Positions 60,562 to 64,000 of a stretch of 64,000 nucleotides of DNA are shown one piece after another (within the stretch, counting starts at the first letter, position 1; each line of letters opens with the position of its first letter). The stretch spans positions 32,001 to 96,000 of the forward strand of contig CAWDDT010000010.1 of assembly GCA_963801165.1 (NCBI GenBank). The letters run 5' to 3'. Below the pieces are notes generated by a model. The model was given only the letters and a program-made list of their open reading frames with translations. It ran no database searches and was not told the origin of the DNA. The translations under genes were made by a program, and so were the position numbers. The DNA is from an uncultured bacterium (lineage in GTDB: Bacteria; Actinomycetota; Acidimicrobiia; Spongiisociales; UBA5794).

Positions 60562-60696
60562 GTGGAAGCAATGCAGCGGGTCATGAGATTGTCAGTGCTG
60601 GCCAGGACGGTAGCCGCCGGTCACTACCAGGTGCCGGCCGAATATGTCGCGGATGCGATTTTGGCGGGCAAATGGAGAAACGACCCTGACGAGTAG
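60562..60696 (+). CDS. putative 44-aa mini-protein resembling the FlgM anti-sigma-28 C-terminal motif
   Basis: VEAMQRVMRLSVLARTVAAGHYQVPAEYVADAILAGKWRNDPDE*, preceded by TCAAG-N16-GCCGATAG. Confidence 0.5.
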   Translation: MEAMQRVMRLSVLARTVAAGHYQVPAEYVADAILAGKWRNDPDE

Positions 60697-60723
60697 CGCC
60701 GTCTTTGCGAATCTGCGAAGCGA

Positions 60724-61644
60724 TTACCCGACCCGTTCCGGCGTCTCGCTGCTCGCAGGGACCCGTTCCCCCAGCTTGCCAAGGGCGATGACGAGACCGA
60801 AGGCGATTACGGCGAGCGCAGTCACGCCGACCGCGTTCGCGCCCGGTGCCCCGAGGACCGTGCTGTCCAACCCGTCGGGCCACGGCCACAGGACGCGCAT
60901 CGAGCCCGCCATCAGACCGATCAGGGCGGCAACGATCGTGTCGTGGTGATGCTCGAGCGACCAGCTCAGCACCTGGGAGAAGAGCGCGAGACCCAGCACC
61001 ATGCCGGCCGCAAACACGATCAGCGTCACCAGCGACCTGTCGTTGACGGCAGCGATCACGGGCCCATACATCCCGAGGATCACGAGGAGGAACGACCCGC
61101 TTATTCCGGGGAGGATCATGGCGCAGATGGCCACAGCCCCCGACAGGAAGAACGCCCACAACGCCGGGTTGGTGAGCTGGCCCACGGTTTCCTCCGAGGT
61201 GCCCTCACGGAGCCCGAGCAATACGAACATGATGACCGCGACCGCTACCAGGATGCCTACCGTCCTCGCGTCCCACCGTTTGACGAGTCTCCAGGCGATG
61301 ACGACGGAGCCTGCGATGAGGCCGGAGAACAACCCGGCCATCTCCTCGGGGTGGTCCTGGAGCAGGTTCGAGATGAGCTTGGCGAGCGTCAACACAGCGA
61401 GGAGGATCCCGGTGACCAGCGGAACGAGGAACCACCAATCGACCCTCTTGGCCCAGTGACGGGCCCCGGCGAGGTCGCCCCGCACCATCTTCCCGAGCGC
61501 CGAGCTACCGGAGCGGATCGAATCGATGAGACGCTCGTATATACCGAGAACGAGGGCGATCGTTCCGCCGGAAACGCCGGGAACGACATCGGCGGCCCCC
61601 ATCAGGAAGCCGCGCACAACATGTAACGGGGTTTTGCGGATCAC
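60724..61644 (-). CDS. DUF368 membrane protein (undecaprenyl-phosphate translocase family)
   Basis: MGAADVVPGVSGGT and MILPGISGS motifs. Confidence 0.9.
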   Translation of the reverse strand: MIRKTPLHVVRGFLMGAADVVPGVSGGTIALVLGIYERLIDSIRSGSSALGKMVRGDLAGARHWAKRVDWWFLVPLVTGILLAVLTLAKLISNLLQDHPEEMAGLFSGLIAGSVVIAWRLVKRWDARTVGILVAVAVIMFVLLGLREGTSEETVGQLTNPALWAFFLSGAVAICAMILPGISGSFLLVILGMYGPVIAAVNDRSLVTLIVFAAGMVLGLALFSQVLSWSLEHHHDTIVAALIGLMAGSMRVLWPWPDGLDSTVLGAPGANAVGVTALAVIAFGLVIALGKLGERVPASSETPERVG

Positions 61645-61657
61645 GAGTGAGGATTGT

Positions 61658-61690
61658 AGAGGTGGCGCCGGCACATGCGGCGCCACCTCT
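61658..61690 (-). terminator. stem-loop downstream of the spondin-domain gene
   Basis: AGAGGTGGCGCCG-N7-CGGCGCCACCTCT perfect 13-bp stem. Confidence 0.7.
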
Positions 61691-61722
61691 GACCGGTAAT
61701 GGGCGAATCGTTGCTGTAGGAG

Positions 61723-62669
61723 TCAGCCATTGGTGATAGTCACCGTGACCGCTCCGGCGTAGCCGTCGACTGCAGTGATCGGGGCACCCTGGTCGTCGCC
61801 CGTGTTGGGAGCCGCCTGGCGGGGACCTTGATTGGCGCCCTGCCCGGGTGTCTCGTCGACCTCGGTTCCGGCGTCCCAGAGCGAGACCATGTCGCTGATG
61901 TCGCCGGTGATCGGCGTCCCATCGTCGGCGAACAGGGCAATGCCGCTGGAGTCGGGAGCAAAGAACCAGTCATTGGATTCGATGAACATAGTTGCGAATG
62001 ACAGGTAGTCGCCGGGTGTGGCATCGAAGGTGAAGCTGTAGCTACCACCAGGAAGGGCGGGGCCCGGCTCGGCTGCGCCGTCCGGAGTGTTGAACACTGC
62101 GGCAACAGCAACGGTGCTCACGTCGGACAGGGTGGCAACGAGAGTGCTCGGGTCGCCGTCCTCAGCCAGCGACTCCAGCCCCTCGCCGCGATCGGCCGTT
62201 CCTTCGGCGAAGAGGGTATCCATCGATGTATGCACGACGTACGCCCCGGGAGCCAACGGGGTAGCCAACCCGGCACTATCGGAGTTATTCGTGATAGTGA
62301 CTGTGAACGCGGCGGCGTCGTGACTATCATTGATCCATCGGCCATTGATCCATCGGCCATTGATTCGTCGGCCATTGATTCGTCGGTCATTGATTCGTCG
62401 GCCATTGATTCGTCGGTCATGGTGTCGTCGGTCATGGTGTCGTCGGTCATGGTGTCGTCGGTCATGTTGTCGTCGGTCATGGTGTCGTCGGTCATGTTGT
62501 CGTCGGTCATGTTGTCGTCGGTCATCTGATCGCTTGCCGTGGTCGTGTTCTGATTACTCGCCGCTGCGGTGGTTGTTGTTGTGGTGGTGGACTGGGAACC
62601 GCTATCGCTCGTTCCCCCACACGCGGCGAGAAGCAGAACTACGGCGAGAATCAATGCGAGTCTTCGCAT
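61723..62669 (-). pseudogene. spondin_N-domain lipoprotein with a Met/Asp-rich repeat linker; 1-nt frameshift near 62327 (possible assembly error)
   Basis: Lipobox LAAC and (M-T/A-D-D/E/G-x)n linker. A shifted frame continues DSHDAAAFTVTITN..TPLAPG..LAEDG..ATMFIESNDWF..WDAGTE. Confidence 0.8.
62330..62525. repeat. 15-bp coding tandem repeat, about 13 units (MTDDN/MTDDT/MADES/MADGS)
   Basis: Read directly in the DNA and the translation. Confidence 0.9.
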
Positions 62670-62750
62670 GGCACCTCCTGGTTTGGTGCGCTGCATGATC
62701 GAGCGGGGAGGTTGCCGGACTCTTACCGGCTCATTGCTGTTCGGTTAACG

Positions 62751-63929
62751 TCAGTTTGGGAGATCGAATTCGACCACGCCGCCCGGTCCCGGCTCTGCGT
62801 GAATGGCGCCGCCGAGTGCGGTCACGAAGCGGTGTGCGATGGCCAGACCCAGGCCGGTGCCGGCACCGTCCCTCGTGCGAGCCGCGTCGGCTCGCGTAAA
62901 GCTGTCGAACGCACGATCGACGAAGTTCGCGGGGAAGCCGTCACCGTTGTCGGTGACCCGGACTAAGACCCGATCGGCGGCGCCCAGGGTCACGACCACG
63001 TGCCCGGCGGAGTGGCGAATTGCATTGTCGATGAGGTTGCGCATCACCCGGCCCAGAGCCTCAGGGGCCGTCACGGTCGTGATGGACCCGGGTGCATCGA
63101 GTTCTACGACGACGCCTAGTCGTCGCGCCGTCGGTCTGAGGACCTCGATCGCCTCGTCGGCGACTTCGGTCACATCGACGGGCTGCAAGTTCAGTTCCAC
63201 GGCTCCCGCCTCGAGGCGGGCCAGAAGGAAGATATCGTCGACGAGTCGGTGCAGCGCAGTGACATCGCGTTCCATCGACTTGAGATATCGGTCGGTGTCT
63301 GTGGCTACGCCGTCTTGAAGGGCTTCAACAGCCGCCTGGAGCGATCCGAGCGGGCTGCGCAGATCGTGACCCACCGCGGTGAGGAACTCGCGGCGAGCTG
63401 CCTCGTCGCTCTCTCGGCGACGCTGCGCCGTGTGGAGATCTGCCGCCATGGCATCGAATGCTCCGGCCAGTGACCCGACCTCATCCGATCTGGCAACGGA
63501 GGTGGTCGCCTCGAAGTTGCCGGAGGCTACCTGCTGTGCCGCCGACGCGATCTGGCGGAGGTCGGAGGTCATCGGGCGGGACACTGCGTATGCGAACCCG
63601 AATGAGGCTACGAAACCGAAGCCAATAACCACCAGCAACAACTGGAGATCGTGTGGCGACAAGAACATCTCACGCGCCGCGAGCACCGCGGTACCGGCCA
63701 CGATGAGGAAAGACGTCATTCCTATCGCAACCATAGAGAAGCGGATGGATCTGACCCGGCGTGACCAGCGGGGCAGGAGGAGTACGGCGAGTGCGGCAAC
63801 CGCGGCCAGGGCGAGAAACACCGACGCGAGCCGGATCCGCTCCGGTGGCGATGGGTGCATCGTGATCTCGAAGAGCCAGAGTGCAAACACCACGGCTGCC
63901 GGTAGCCAGAGGAAGCCTTTGTATCTCAT
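62751..63929 (-). CDS. HAMP-domain sensor histidine kinase
   Basis: HDLRSPL, NLIDNA, DNGDG and GTGLGL motifs. Confidence 0.93.
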   Translation of the reverse strand: MRYKGFLWLPAAVVFALWLFEITMHPSPPERIRLASVFLALAAVAALAVLLLPRWSRRVRSIRFSMVAIGMTSFLIVAGTAVLAAREMFLSPHDLQLLLVVIGFGFVASFGFAYAVSRPMTSDLRQIASAAQQVASGNFEATTSVARSDEVGSLAGAFDAMAADLHTAQRRRESDEAARREFLTAVGHDLRSPLGSLQAAVEALQDGVATDTDRYLKSMERDVTALHRLVDDIFLLARLEAGAVELNLQPVDVTEVADEAIEVLRPTARRLGVVVELDAPGSITTVTAPEALGRVMRNLIDNAIRHSAGHVVVTLGAADRVLVRVTDNGDGFPANFVDRAFDSFTRADAARTRDGAGTGLGLAIAHRFVTALGGAIHAEPGPGGVVEFDLPN

Positions 63930-64000
63930 CGTTTGCAATATTTCATCGTTTGCAATATTTCATCGTTGGAAATATTTCATCGTTGGAAATATTTCATCGT
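63926..64000. repeat. 17-bp AT-rich tandem repeat TCATCGTT(TGC/GGA)AATATT, at least 4.4 copies, running off the window edge
   Basis: Read directly. It overlaps the kinase start, and each unit contains ATGA on the minus strand. Confidence 0.9.

Noticed and set aside
1-64000. Mobile elements, prophage, tRNA or rRNA
   Set aside because: No transposase, integrase, phage structural genes or recognisable structural RNA sequences were seen.

Overview
GC-rich chromosomal window. Gene content (DosS/DosR-like pair, CofC, RamB/ScfR-like regulator, many leaderless genes) suggests an actinobacterium, probably Acidimicrobiia; this is an inference. I see no rRNA, tRNA, CRISPR array, prophage or transposase. 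Housekeeping content includes pyk, a LacI-controlled FrcBCA-like sugar ABC transporter with two palindromic operators, pruA, aceA-aceB with their regulator, tandem amidases, rhodaneses and hydA. The most interesting parts are: (1) a respiratory island at 38.5-49.1 kb, with a DosS/DosR-like two-component system and DosR-type boxes ahead of a ba3-type oxidase (cbaD/B/A), followed by a 773-aa cytochrome b + 2x[4Fe-4S] + MvhD-like + cytochrome c fusion, a second cytochrome c and three SCO proteins, with no Rieske gene in the cluster; (2) a complete nurA-herA-sbcD-sbcC operon of the archaeal repair type; (3) an unannotated 44-aa FlgM-like mini-ORF behind a sigma-28-type promoter; (4) a block with a nuclease, an RmuC-like protein and two dynamin-like GTPases; (5) recurrent 15-23 bp tandem repeats at gene boundaries. 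Three single-base frameshifts (GNAT, cofC, spondin lipoprotein) are probably assembly errors.
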